Positions 45,485 to 55,338 of a stretch of DNA of 64,000 nt are shown piece after piece. The number at the start of each line of letters is the position of its first letter. The first letter of the stretch is position 1. The DNA is from Methanobacteriota archaeon (GTDB lineage Archaea; Thermoplasmatota; SW-10-69-26; JACQPN01): the NCBI GenBank assembly GCA_016207515.1, contig JACQPN010000012.1:31759-95758 (forward strand). Reading direction: 5' to 3'. Position numbers and translations under genes: made by a program. The notes under the pieces are model-generated. The model did not search any database, was not told where the DNA came from, and saw only the letters and a program-made list of their open reading frames with translations.

Positions 45485-46468
45485 CTACGGTCCGGCATCA
45501 CCGTTCGCGGTCGTCAGCCACGGGTCGAACAAGGGCGGTTGTCCGCCTGGGTTGTCTAAGAGTGCGTCCCCCGTTCCGCTTCCCGCTCCGCTCGGGCCTG
45601 AGGCGTCGCCCCACCAGTTGCCCCGGAGATCGATTTCCAAAGTCGAACATGCGCAGGCACCGTAGTTCAAGTTGTCGAAGATGTTGTTCCCACTGTAATC
45701 CACGCCTTGGCGGCCAGCAAAGAGGCCGCCGCCGGAGTTGTTAGAAATGACGTTATCCGTGACGCTACCGGCAGAGCCCGTGAAGTAGATGCCGACGCCC
45801 GTGTTGTTCGTGACGAGGTTGTGGCTGATGGTGACGTTGGGGTAGGAGCCGCCGATTGAGAAGCCGGCGGCGGTTGTCCCGCTCACCGTGTTTCCACTCA
45901 AGAGGACGTTCGCCCCAATAACACTGATCCCCACCTGTCCGCCAGCGATGCCATTGCCGATGATGTCAACGTTTGAGCTGCCCATGAAAACGGCAATCCC
46001 AGTATCGTCGGTCGAGATGGAGTTGGTTTCAACCACAATGCCGGTGCTTCCAGAAACCAGCACACTGCCGGTCAAGGAATTGTCCATGACTCGTAGGTTC
46101 TGCGCGTTTTCAATTCTTAGAGCGTTGGCGAATCCAATGGGTATCGTGTTGTTTCTTACGAGGACGTGGCTAGTCGTACCGCGGATCACGATTGCGTCGG
46201 AGCTGATGAGCGCGTCATAGACAGGATTCGGCTCGATAAACCATCCCTCGATGACGTACGGGTTCGATGCGGTTCCACAACCTGAGACCACGCCGCTGGC
46301 AAGATTCGGAACGCAACCGACCCCGAGCATGGCATTGTTCGTGATGAAAATAGGTGGCCGCGACTGTTGGCCGGGCCCGAGCGGGTTTTCCGCGCTGACC
46401 CCCACGGGAATCAAGACGACGCAGATTATTGCCAAAACCACGACTTGACCTGACATACCCTTGAGCAT
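45485..46468 (-). CDS. Secreted beta-helix protein, cassette copy 2 (paralog of 12697-13845)
   Basis: Shared LGVxCVPNxAxGVVxGCGTAxNPYVIEGW, NVTISHNLVTNNTGVGIY and NWWGDxSGPSGxGSGxGDA. Confidence 0.88.
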   Translation of the reverse strand: MLKGMSGQVVVLAIICVVLIPVGVSAENPLGPGQQSRPPIFITNNAMLGVGCVPNLASGVVSGCGTASNPYVIEGWFIEPNPVYDALISSDAIVIRGTTSHVLVRNNTIPIGFANALRIENAQNLRVMDNSLTGSVLVSGSTGIVVETNSISTDDTGIAVFMGSSNVDIIGNGIAGGQVGISVIGANVLLSGNTVSGTTAAGFSIGGSYPNVTISHNLVTNNTGVGIYFTGSAGSVTDNVISNNSGGGLFAGRQGVDYSGNNIFDNLNYGACACSTLEIDLRGNWWGDASGPSGAGSGTGDALLDNPGGQPPLFDPWLTTANGDAGP

Positions 46469-46566
46469 CAGAGTAGGTGCGGCTGTTTAAGTGTTTTTTC
46501 GATACATTCTATTCCTTTCAGCATCCAGTATATGAACTCGCAGGGGTTTGCGTTTCCGGGGAGAGG

Positions 46567-49500
46567 TTGAGGCGCGATAGACTCCGCGCCGTGTTCTTGC
46601 TGGTCGTGCTGCTCATGTCGAGCTGGCCCGCGCCTGTGGACCGTTGGCAGCCTGTAGGTAGCGCGGTCGCCTCGCACTCGAATTTTGATTTCGGCAACGT
46701 CACGATCGAGCCGTCGAGTCCCAACTCTTCACAGGACGTCGTCGTGAAGATCACTTGCAATCCATGCACGAAGGTTCTCCTGCTCGCCGAACGCGGCGCA
46801 GATACGCTCGCGGAGGTCGAGATGTCTCCGATCACTCCGATCGTGAATGGGCTCACCCACGAGTTCATCAAGATCAACGCGTCGGACCTAAGATTCGGCG
46901 ATGTGATTCGATTGACGCTTACGGGCGAGTTTGGTCTCGAGGACCACGTACTCTATCACAATTTCACCATCGCCAACAGCCACCCGGTCGCTTCGAGCCA
47001 GTTTTGGACGAAGAACAATCTCAAACCAGGCGACCAGGCGTTTTGGACGGGCGGCCCTGGGATCGTGACGTACCGGCTGCGGAACACTGATCTCTTGAAC
47101 ATGAGCGGCGACGTTTCCGTGTTCAACTTTTACGACAAGGAGGCGGATCCGCTTATCGGCTTTCCGAATGTCACGACGAGCGAAACGGACTATCAGAGTC
47201 TAACCTTCAATTGGACTACGACGAACACCACGCTCAACGACATCGCCAGCTCGATCAACAACACCCGTTCCTTCCGCGGCATCGGCAATTACAGCGTCAG
47301 GGTGAACGTTTCGGATGGTCTCAATTTCACGTTGGGGGATTCGCGGGTCCAGGTCGTGAATTACGTTCCCTGGCTCCCCTTCGCCGAGGCACGTCGGATG
47401 CCGGCATCGAACTCGCCGACTTCTACGGATCCGAATGCCACGGTCGCCAACACGACCGTGGTCCGGGTCACGGTGAAGTGGCGTGACGATGACTCGAGCA
47501 CGAGCGCGGATCGGGTCTACCTGGACTTCTACAACATGACCGCGGACACGACAATCGCGAACCCGAACGCGTCACGCGAAGTAAGCCAAGGACCCATCGG
47601 AGCGACCACATCCACTTTCGAACTTGACGCGTCCAGTTTCGTAAGCAAACTCATGAAGATCTGCATCCGAGACGTCGTCAACGATCTCAACGTAGGCGGA
47701 GCGCCGCTTCCCGGCGCCGGGACCGTTCTCGACGGTTACGGAAACATCTGTCTGAACGTGGACGTCATCGAGAACTTCGCCCCACTGGACCTGCGCGGCG
47801 TTCGCATAATGCACGTGATCCACGGGACTGCCCCGTCCTCGACGATGGGGAACGTCACCCACCTTTGGCGAAACGTGTCCGCCGCGGCCGACACGCCCGA
47901 AGGGACCAACCAGACGATTCTCGAGTTGCGCAAGATCCTCCAGGAAGCGATGGAACTCCGGCCGCGCATCGTCGCAATCGAGGGCAGCGGGTTCCCGCTC
48001 ACGCCCGAGATTGAAGCGGACCTGGCGCTCCTACGCGACTATGGCACCCTCGTAATCGCTCCCGTTGACTCAATAGGCTTTGGCGCGTCCCAATACTTCA
48101 CCGCCGGCGGCATCGGATCAAGCAGATACGTCATTGGCGTGGCCGCGGCCAACCAATCGGGAAACGGCGCGGCCACGGGTGTCCCCGCAGGGCCTACGTA
48201 CTCATTGGCCCCTAAGCCGGATTTCCTGGTCGCGCTTCCCAGCGCAGCGGGATCGGACGTTCAAGCCGTCAAGAATGTGACGGACCTCGCAGCCCTGCTG
48301 ATGCTCAAAGGCATCACCGACCCCTTCATCGTAGAAGAATACCTCCGCGCCCTCGCGGTTCCCGCTTGGAACGGCGTGGACACCGTTGAAAACGCGTGGC
48401 GCCAAGGGCATGGCGTGCTTAACACGACGCAGATCCTCGGGTGGACGCCGAACGCGACGTTCAGCCCCGAAAACGCTAGCGCCATACCAGGGCACCCCGC
48501 GTGGGCAAGCACGTCGCGATTGAACCACATCCTGGACCTTGCCCCCGTCGCGCTGACGTCCATGATCGACTTCGGCGTCACCAACAACGCGACCAGCGTA
48601 ACCAGCAGCTTCAAGGTCGCAAATCCGTCCATGGCGTTGCCAAGTCTCCTCGACCAACTCATGGGCTCCCCCCGCACACTCCTCGAAGATGGTGAATTCT
48701 CCACCTCAATCCCGGGCTCGGCAAAGACCGTCAGGATCAACACGACCTTCTATTATTACCCCGAATCCTTCGTGAATAATGCGAGCGAGGCGATCCGCCG
48801 ACTGGGCCACGAGACCGCTTTGAACGTTCTCCAGAACTCGTGGGACTCCACGGCCGCAACACCCGGAAGTCTCCCAGCTAGTACCAGCGTCGCGGCAGAC
48901 GTTGACGATTCCCTGGGAAGCGTCACTCGCCCTACGAAGGCGTACTACTTCGTGCCCGAGGAGACGGTGAACGTGAGTGGAAGCTTTGCCGTCGCCCCGA
49001 CATTTCCCCACCTCGATCCCTTGCTGGAACTTGCGGAGATCGCGGCGAATCGGAGCCAGGAGATATTCTACCATCCCCCCGTGGGTATGACGACGCCGCA
49101 ATTGAACGAGATTGCGGCGCATCGGGCGGCGATCCTCGCTGCCCGAGCGAATATGACCACGACGACCAAGCCCGGGGGCGTGGCGGAGAGTCTCACGTGG
49201 GTCCGATCCCACGTCCAAGGTGTGCTAAAGATGGTGCCCGTGGACCCGATTCTGAAGCCACTGAACGAGACGACAACGAAGTACCAGGATCAACTCGATG
49301 CGATCCTTGACGCGTCGATCGGGAGCGTCATACCGACGACCGGGATGGCAAACATCGTTCTAGAGACCGATGCGTCACGCACTTGGGATTCGCCACTTGG
49401 TTACTACTTCGGCGTTGTACGCGTGATCACGGACGATGTTTGCGATTACAGCACCGGCACGGGGGTCGACACCTCATGCCGTCGGGTGGTCAACACTGTC

Positions 49501-52173
49501 CCGACTGGCCTCTACCTGACGCGGGACGTGAACATCACGACGCGGTATCGAGACGGCGTTGCCATCCCGGATGCACTCGTCGAACACTTCATGCTGGAGA
49601 CCTCGAAAGAGGATCATCACAATTGCGACGGCGTTGTGATGTCGCCCAGAGCGAGCCTGGACGCGGAATTGGCCGGTAACAACCTGCGTCTCCAGACCGT
49701 GTGGCGAAACAACACGGGACCGGATGGGAACACGACCATGCACGCCGTTTTCCCCGGCCTTTGGTGCAGTCACTTCTACTACGAATTCCCCCTGGACTTC
49801 ATGAGCAACGGAACGGACGCGTTGAGTGGCGCCGCGTTCAACGTCACCGAAGTCGCGAACATGAGTGAGGCGAGTCCACAAGATTGGGGCGTGATAGGTC
49901 TTCCGAGTGCGGGGAATTATTCCAATTGGCTGAACCTCTGGGGCCTTAGGGGGCGCATCATGGGTCTTGGCTCATTGGAAGCGGATGCGCCTGGGATCCC
50001 TCCCGTGCCGCCGGTCCGATTTTTCGAAGATGGCGAAGTCACCGATGCTGCGGAGCACTTGAACGAGTACACCGTGGTGCTTTCGAACGAGGAATTGGAT
50101 TGGACTCGCGATGGGTTATGCAATCTCACGACGGCGTACAATGAATTGTTCGACGCGGACTTCGATCAAACGGTCTTGGATGATCATTTGGGCGAGTGCG
50201 ACGCGCCAGTCGGTTCTTTCCAGTGGCGGACGCGTTTCACGTTGCACGAAGGCTTCGTCACGACGTCTCGCGTGCGGGATAATGTCGCGGGGACCGAGTG
50301 GTCGCACACGTCGATTCCCGAGGTTCCCGCCGCGCCGTTGCCGGTGCTTGAGCCCAATTGGAGCTTTGTCGGGTCTAATGAATCCTTCACGGCAACGAAC
50401 GGGCCTTTGACTAATCTCACGGCGTACGGTGCCGCGTGGTACGATTTCGAGCTTCCAGAGAACGAGAACGTCCAGATCTCCACGAGCTTCCAATTCAGGT
50501 ACGAGGGCGTGAAAGGATTCTACATTATCGCGCTTGGGGAGGATGGACGCGCTTTGTTGAACGATACGATGGCGTTGCTCGTCGGGTCTTTGCCCGCCTC
50601 GATCGGGGAGCCTTTGAATTATTTCCACAATCCATTGGTTCGAGTTATGCCGTTCAGCAGCGCGCCGAGTCTTCACCTCGTGTCCGGCAACACGAATTAC
50701 TTTGAGACGAACGTGAGCCTTGAGAACAATTCCACGCGAGGGAACATGACGACTTATTCGGAGTGGGCGACGCGGGCTTGGTTGCCGACGAATGGGACCG
50801 TCATGTTCATGTATTGGCGCGAGAGCCTCCTCTCACCGGCGCTCGTGCGGGTGAAAGATTACAACATGCGCATAATCACGTACCTCGGCAAGGAACCGGG
50901 TATTTCCGCGACGTATGACAAGTCGTTGGGGAACCGGATCGAGAATTGGAACGTGAACCCGAAGGCCGAGGGGTGGGACGTGTTCGTCCCGACTAGTAAG
51001 AGGGTCACGGGGATCAACGTCAGTTGGAGCGACCCCTCGCCGGGCTTCACGCTCCTCAATTCCACCATGTTCGTTGATAGTGCGGATATTCCTTCGCCAT
51101 CAGTGAACGTGACGCATTTGGGATTCGATGATCACCTCGTGATGCTTCCGAGTACTGTGAAAAACATTTCCCGGTTAATGGGCCCGGATGGACCGTTGAG
51201 GGTGGATAATGGGACTTGGTTGTACCTCGGCAGGGCGGGAAATCCCGGTGCGCCTGATTATTTGGAGCAGCGGTGGCGATTGTTGGCCGCGGATGGAGCG
51301 GGTGCGGTCGACCCGGTTGTTGCGTCGCTTGACGACCCGTTGGGATCGGGTTTGGCTCGCTCAATCTGTTTCGAGTGTCAGGATGACGTGTTGGATGCGT
51401 ATTTGCCGTCTTGGCGGGTTTACTCGCCGATTCCCTATACTCTGAGTTTTGGCGATATAGTTCACGATGGTATTTGGTTGAACACGAGTTTCAATAAGGC
51501 CCACAATTCCACGTTGACGTGGGACGAGTATTTTGGGTCGCCAGCGTGGACGACGACCTTGGCTGTTCCTTTGGCGCCGGTGGATCACTTCGTGAATCAC
51601 GGGATCAGTGGGAACTATAGTGTGGAGGCGCGGGGGATCGTTATCGCGTCGTGTCTGCCGTATTGGGATTTCTTGGATCCTGGGCACCATGTCGGCGATG
51701 GTCAGTGGAGTACGGGTTGTTCTGGTGCGACTCATGGGTGGGCGCGTGTGGGGGTGAATTTCACGTTGGCGTTTCTTGGGGGGTCGGTGGTGCAACGGTT
51801 TGATTTCGGGTCTTTCAGTCTCGAGTTGAAGGATTGGGGGTGGAGTTCTCAGGAGGATGACGTCCCGGATCGCGTGCGGGTCTGTCGGGACTCGATGTGC
51901 GAGGAGGAGGAAGTGGATCGGTGTCCGGGTACGAATGAGGCGTATGCGGGTAGCCTCGGGTGCATGTTGGACATGGCGCCGCCTGATGGGTTTGTGAAGG
52001 TCGAGTATTACACGATCAATCATCCGAAAGGGGATTTGACATTGCCGCATCGGATCTTCAGGTGGGACCCATTGTGGGTGCATGGGATGTTCACACCGCA
52101 TTACGTGGAGATCTTCCACAGCACGTATCATTGCGACATACCAGCCCCACCCGGCGGATGCCCACAAGAGTAA
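46567..52173 (+). CDS. Giant secreted glycoprotein with inactive subtilase-like domain, cassette copy 2 (paralog of 13945-19602)
   Basis: Collinear similarity along the full length (NSHPVA, EARxMPA, LMLKGITDPFIxEEYLR, GxYFGVVRVI, PTGxYLTR, YLEQRW). Likely TTG start after GGGGAGAGG. Confidence 0.88.
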   Translation: MRRDRLRAVFLLVVLLMSSWPAPVDRWQPVGSAVASHSNFDFGNVTIEPSSPNSSQDVVVKITCNPCTKVLLLAERGADTLAEVEMSPITPIVNGLTHEFIKINASDLRFGDVIRLTLTGEFGLEDHVLYHNFTIANSHPVASSQFWTKNNLKPGDQAFWTGGPGIVTYRLRNTDLLNMSGDVSVFNFYDKEADPLIGFPNVTTSETDYQSLTFNWTTTNTTLNDIASSINNTRSFRGIGNYSVRVNVSDGLNFTLGDSRVQVVNYVPWLPFAEARRMPASNSPTSTDPNATVANTTVVRVTVKWRDDDSSTSADRVYLDFYNMTADTTIANPNASREVSQGPIGATTSTFELDASSFVSKLMKICIRDVVNDLNVGGAPLPGAGTVLDGYGNICLNVDVIENFAPLDLRGVRIMHVIHGTAPSSTMGNVTHLWRNVSAAADTPEGTNQTILELRKILQEAMELRPRIVAIEGSGFPLTPEIEADLALLRDYGTLVIAPVDSIGFGASQYFTAGGIGSSRYVIGVAAANQSGNGAATGVPAGPTYSLAPKPDFLVALPSAAGSDVQAVKNVTDLAALLMLKGITDPFIVEEYLRALAVPAWNGVDTVENAWRQGHGVLNTTQILGWTPNATFSPENASAIPGHPAWASTSRLNHILDLAPVALTSMIDFGVTNNATSVTSSFKVANPSMALPSLLDQLMGSPRTLLEDGEFSTSIPGSAKTVRINTTFYYYPESFVNNASEAIRRLGHETALNVLQNSWDSTAATPGSLPASTSVAADVDDSLGSVTRPTKAYYFVPEETVNVSGSFAVAPTFPHLDPLLELAEIAANRSQEIFYHPPVGMTTPQLNEIAAHRAAILAARANMTTTTKPGGVAESLTWVRSHVQGVLKMVPVDPILKPLNETTTKYQDQLDAILDASIGSVIPTTGMANIVLETDASRTWDSPLGYYFGVVRVITDDVCDYSTGTGVDTSCRRVVNTVPTGLYLTRDVNITTRYRDGVAIPDALVEHFMLETSKEDHHNCDGVVMSPRASLDAELAGNNLRLQTVWRNNTGPDGNTTMHAVFPGLWCSHFYYEFPLDFMSNGTDALSGAAFNVTEVANMSEASPQDWGVIGLPSAGNYSNWLNLWGLRGRIMGLGSLEADAPGIPPVPPVRFFEDGEVTDAAEHLNEYTVVLSNEELDWTRDGLCNLTTAYNELFDADFDQTVLDDHLGECDAPVGSFQWRTRFTLHEGFVTTSRVRDNVAGTEWSHTSIPEVPAAPLPVLEPNWSFVGSNESFTATNGPLTNLTAYGAAWYDFELPENENVQISTSFQFRYEGVKGFYIIALGEDGRALLNDTMALLVGSLPASIGEPLNYFHNPLVRVMPFSSAPSLHLVSGNTNYFETNVSLENNSTRGNMTTYSEWATRAWLPTNGTVMFMYWRESLLSPALVRVKDYNMRIITYLGKEPGISATYDKSLGNRIENWNVNPKAEGWDVFVPTSKRVTGINVSWSDPSPGFTLLNSTMFVDSADIPSPSVNVTHLGFDDHLVMLPSTVKNISRLMGPDGPLRVDNGTWLYLGRAGNPGAPDYLEQRWRLLAADGAGAVDPVVASLDDPLGSGLARSICFECQDDVLDAYLPSWRVYSPIPYTLSFGDIVHDGIWLNTSFNKAHNSTLTWDEYFGSPAWTTTLAVPLAPVDHFVNHGISGNYSVEARGIVIASCLPYWDFLDPGHHVGDGQWSTGCSGATHGWARVGVNFTLAFLGGSVVQRFDFGSFSLELKDWGWSSQEDDVPDRVRVCRDSMCEEEEVDRCPGTNEAYAGSLGCMLDMAPPDGFVKVEYYTINHPKGDLTLPHRIFRWDPLWVHGMFTPHYVEIFHSTYHCDIPAPPGGCPQE

Positions 52174-52227
52174 GCGTCAAGAGGATTGGGCGAGCGCCAT
52201 CAACGCGAGACTTGGAACATTGGTCGT

Positions 52228-53640
52228 TCAGCCCACCCTCCACTTCACTCCATCCGCCGTGTCCTCGACGATTATTCCGGCCTCTTGGAGCGTTTTCCTG
52301 ATCTTGTCGCTTGTCGCGTAGTCCTTTCGGGCCCTCGCCTCGGCGCGAAGTTGTATCACGAGTTCCATGACCTTCGCGAGCGATTCTCCGCCTCCGGCCT
52401 TTTTTTCAGGAACGATCCCGAAAACATCCGCCAGGCCTTTGAAGAGCGTTGTGGCCTCGTCGAGTGTTTCCCTGTGCGGGTCCGCCGCCGCGTAGCCGTT
52501 CATGTCGTTCACCATCTGGAAGATGGCGGCAAGGGCCTCCGGGGTCGCGAAGTCGTTGTCCATCGCGTTCTGGAACGCGAGCGTCTGCGCGGCGAGGCCC
52601 TCGTGGAACTTCTTGTCCACGGCCGTCATTTCGCCTGCCCGCGCTTTTCCTTTCGCGTGCTCCACGTTTCCAAGCATGTTCACGATGCGTTCCACGTTCT
52701 TCTCGGCCTGCGTGATGGATTCGGGCGAGTAATCGATGGGGCTCCTGTAGTGCGTGGAGACCATGAAGAGGCGCACGGCATGTGGATCGTGGTCTTTGAG
52801 GAGATCGCGGATAGTCACGAAGTTGCCGAGGCTCTTCGACATCTTCTCGCCGGAGACCGTGAGGAAACCCGTGTGCATCCAGTACTTCACGAACGGTTTT
52901 CCGGTCGCTGCCTCCGATTGGGCTATCTCGTTCTCGTGGTGCGGGAACTTGAGATCCATCCCGCCGCCGTGGATGTCGAAGGTGTCGCCGAGGATCGCCC
53001 CGGACATGGCGCTGCACTCTATGTGCCAGCCAGGGCGTCCCTCCCCCCAAGGTGATCCCCACGCGACTTCGCCCGCCTTGGTCCGTTTCCAAAGCGCGAA
53101 ATCAAGCGGGTCCTCCTTGCCTTCGGCCGCTTCCTTGCGCACCTCATTCAGCATCTCTTCGGGGTCGATCTTCGAGAGTTTGCCGTAGTCGGCGAGTTTA
53201 CGCACGCGGAAATATACGCTTCCTGCCGCTTGGTACGCGTATCCCCGTTCGATGAGCCGTTGGATCATGGAAAGGATGAGGTGCATCGAGGAGGTGACCT
53301 TGGGGTAGTGGTCCGCCCGGGAGACGGAGAGGAGGTCGAGGTCGCGTTCGGCCTCGCGCGTGAAGCGGGCCGCGAGCGCCACGGGGTCCTCGCCCGTCTC
53401 GGCTGCGCGTTTGATTATCTTGTCGTCTACATCGGTCACGTTCTGGACGTGGGTCACGCGAAGCCCGCGGTGGAGCATGTAGCGTTTCGCGACGTCGAAG
53501 GCCACGTAGGTGCGGGCGTGGCCGATGTGCGCGTAATCGTAGACGGTCAAGCCGCATACGTAGAGGCGGACGTGGCCCTTCTCAAGCGTCTCCAAGGGTT
53601 CCTTTCGGCCGGTGAGACTGTTGAAGACTTGGAGCCCCAT
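52228..53640 (-). CDS. cysS: Cysteine--tRNA ligase
   Basis: YVCGLTVYDYAHIGH, GRPGWHIECSAM, DIHGGGMDLKFPHHENE, KMSKS. Confidence 0.98.
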   Translation of the reverse strand: MGLQVFNSLTGRKEPLETLEKGHVRLYVCGLTVYDYAHIGHARTYVAFDVAKRYMLHRGLRVTHVQNVTDVDDKIIKRAAETGEDPVALAARFTREAERDLDLLSVSRADHYPKVTSSMHLILSMIQRLIERGYAYQAAGSVYFRVRKLADYGKLSKIDPEEMLNEVRKEAAEGKEDPLDFALWKRTKAGEVAWGSPWGEGRPGWHIECSAMSGAILGDTFDIHGGGMDLKFPHHENEIAQSEAATGKPFVKYWMHTGFLTVSGEKMSKSLGNFVTIRDLLKDHDPHAVRLFMVSTHYRSPIDYSPESITQAEKNVERIVNMLGNVEHAKGKARAGEMTAVDKKFHEGLAAQTLAFQNAMDNDFATPEALAAIFQMVNDMNGYAAADPHRETLDEATTLFKGLADVFGIVPEKKAGGGESLAKVMELVIQLRAEARARKDYATSDKIRKTLQEAGIIVEDTADGVKWRVG

Positions 53641-53770
53641 GGTCGGCGTGAAGACGCCGTGAGCGTTTAAATGCGTTACGAGAAACCGACCCTAGACGTG
53701 ACGCCCTAAAAGGCCGGCGCCCGTCGCTTTGGTCCGGGTCTTCGTACCAATGCATCCCGGCGGGGGATAA

Positions 53771-54784
53771 TCACACCGCTTCCCCTTGGTCGATCCTATG
53801 GATTACGCCTTCGATGATGCGCCCGACGACGCCAAGGCTTTTCGCGGAGACGTGCTCCAAGTCGTCGAACGTCGTGTGATGGGAGTCCGGGAAGACGGAC
53901 GATCCTTTCTTGTCAAGATGTATCACGTCGACCGCCTTGATGCCGCGGGCCAGGAACGGCGCGTGGTCGTCGATTATGCTTCCGCCGCTTGCGTTCACGA
54001 ACTGAGTCGCGTTCTGTCGCCTCGCTTCTGCCCAGATGAGGTCTTGAAGGGCTTTGCCCGGCCCGTTCGCCGACGTCGATTCACGTAGGAACGACAGTTC
54101 GGGGTCGCCGACCATGTCGAGGAGCACGAAACCCATCGCGTTCGCGACCTCGCTCGTCGTCATGTTGGACGCGTAGTGGGTGCTCCCGACGATCCAACCG
54201 TCACCGCCACGGCCACCGTCCTCCCCGTCGAAGAACAGGAAGGTCACGCTGAAGTTCAGGGACCGGTTGGAAAGCACGCGCGCCAATTCAAGTAGCACAG
54301 CAACGCCGGAGGCCCCGTCGTTGGCGCCCAAGACCGGTTCCGATCGACGTCGTGGATCGGGGTCCTCGTCGGCCCACGGGCGCGTATCGTAGTGGGCGGC
54401 GAGATAGACGGTCCGAGGCGTCGTCCCGAGGCGGCCGACGACGTTGTGCATCCGCGTCTCGTTTCCGGCGTAGGGGCCGGTGAAATTGTCCCAAGTGACG
54501 ACCGTGCCGATCGCGGAAAGTCGCGCGGCGATGATGTTCGCGGCGTAGTCGTTGCCTTCCGTGCCGGGGATCCTGTAATAGTTTTCCAAGGCCGTCCCAT
54601 TGACGCGCTCGACTTGGTGTCGTAGGGCCTCGAACGCAAGATCCTCGTCGAAGAGGACGTCCGGGCGGTGCGAGCCGTTCACATGCGGAGGCGTCACGGT
54701 CTCGGTCGGGAAACTGCACCCTCCAAGGGCCGGAAGGAGCAGCAATAGCGCCGGTAAGACGCGTAAAGTATGGCGCACTTGCAA
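53771..54784 (-). CDS. M28 family peptidase / glutaminyl cyclase-like lipoprotein
   Basis: LGGC lipobox, AHYDTRP, GANDGASG, FDGED, LDMVG, DDHAPF, HHT. Confidence 0.9.
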   Translation of the reverse strand: MQVRHTLRVLPALLLLLPALGGCSFPTETVTPPHVNGSHRPDVLFDEDLAFEALRHQVERVNGTALENYYRIPGTEGNDYAANIIAARLSAIGTVVTWDNFTGPYAGNETRMHNVVGRLGTTPRTVYLAAHYDTRPWADEDPDPRRRSEPVLGANDGASGVAVLLELARVLSNRSLNFSVTFLFFDGEDGGRGGDGWIVGSTHYASNMTTSEVANAMGFVLLDMVGDPELSFLRESTSANGPGKALQDLIWAEARRQNATQFVNASGGSIIDDHAPFLARGIKAVDVIHLDKKGSSVFPDSHHTTFDDLEHVSAKSLGVVGRIIEGVIHRIDQGEAV

Positions 54785-54827
54785 CCATCCCGTCTGCCCT
54801 CCTTAAGGGCTTTGGCGCCGTTGCAGC

Positions 54828-55241
54828 ATGGGCATCGTTAAGACCGGCCCGGAGATTCTCCTCCCAATGGGAATACTCGGTTCGGAAGGGGTGCTCGTCG
54901 TCGTCTCGCTTCACCTCAAGACGCCGCACGCCATTCTCGGTTGGGCCCAGCGAAGCGGCGGGTTCCTGAAGGCCTTGAACGCCTCAGAAGGGTTGATCAG
55001 GTCCCATGCGGCGATCGAGTCGCCGACCAAGGTGTTGATTGTCGCGTATTGGAAGGACATGAAGACGCTGATGGCGTGGTACGGGTCGCAGGAGCACCAG
55101 CGCATGGTCGCCTGGGCAAACTCGCATTCCCACGACATCGACCTCACGATCGGCCTCTTCCGTGAGGAAAAAGGCGGATTCGAGCGCATGTCCTCCGACG
55201 ACACCGGTGCGCCGCCGCGAAAACTCTCCGCGCCGTCGTAG
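54828..55241 (+). CDS. ABM/dimeric alpha-beta-barrel-like protein
   Basis: AYWKDMKTLMAWYGSQEH motif. Confidence 0.65.
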   Translation: MGIVKTGPEILLPMGILGSEGVLVVVSLHLKTPHAILGWAQRSGGFLKALNASEGLIRSHAAIESPTKVLIVAYWKDMKTLMAWYGSQEHQRMVAWANSHSHDIDLTIGLFREEKGGFERMSSDDTGAPPRKLSAPS

Positions 55242-55338
55242 ACTCCCCGCCGACCGATGGCGCCGGTCAATCTGGCGACGCAATGAACGCCGTGGCTTAT
55301 GGCACACCTTTATCATCAATCGGGATTGTGGCCGTGCA

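Noticed and set aside
55162..55338. N-terminal extensions from the ORF track (also 13828, 21077, 33198, 35371, 42221, 46477, 61333)
   Set aside because: They run through promoters or neighbouring genes; downstream starts fit the signal peptides, RBS or family N-termini.
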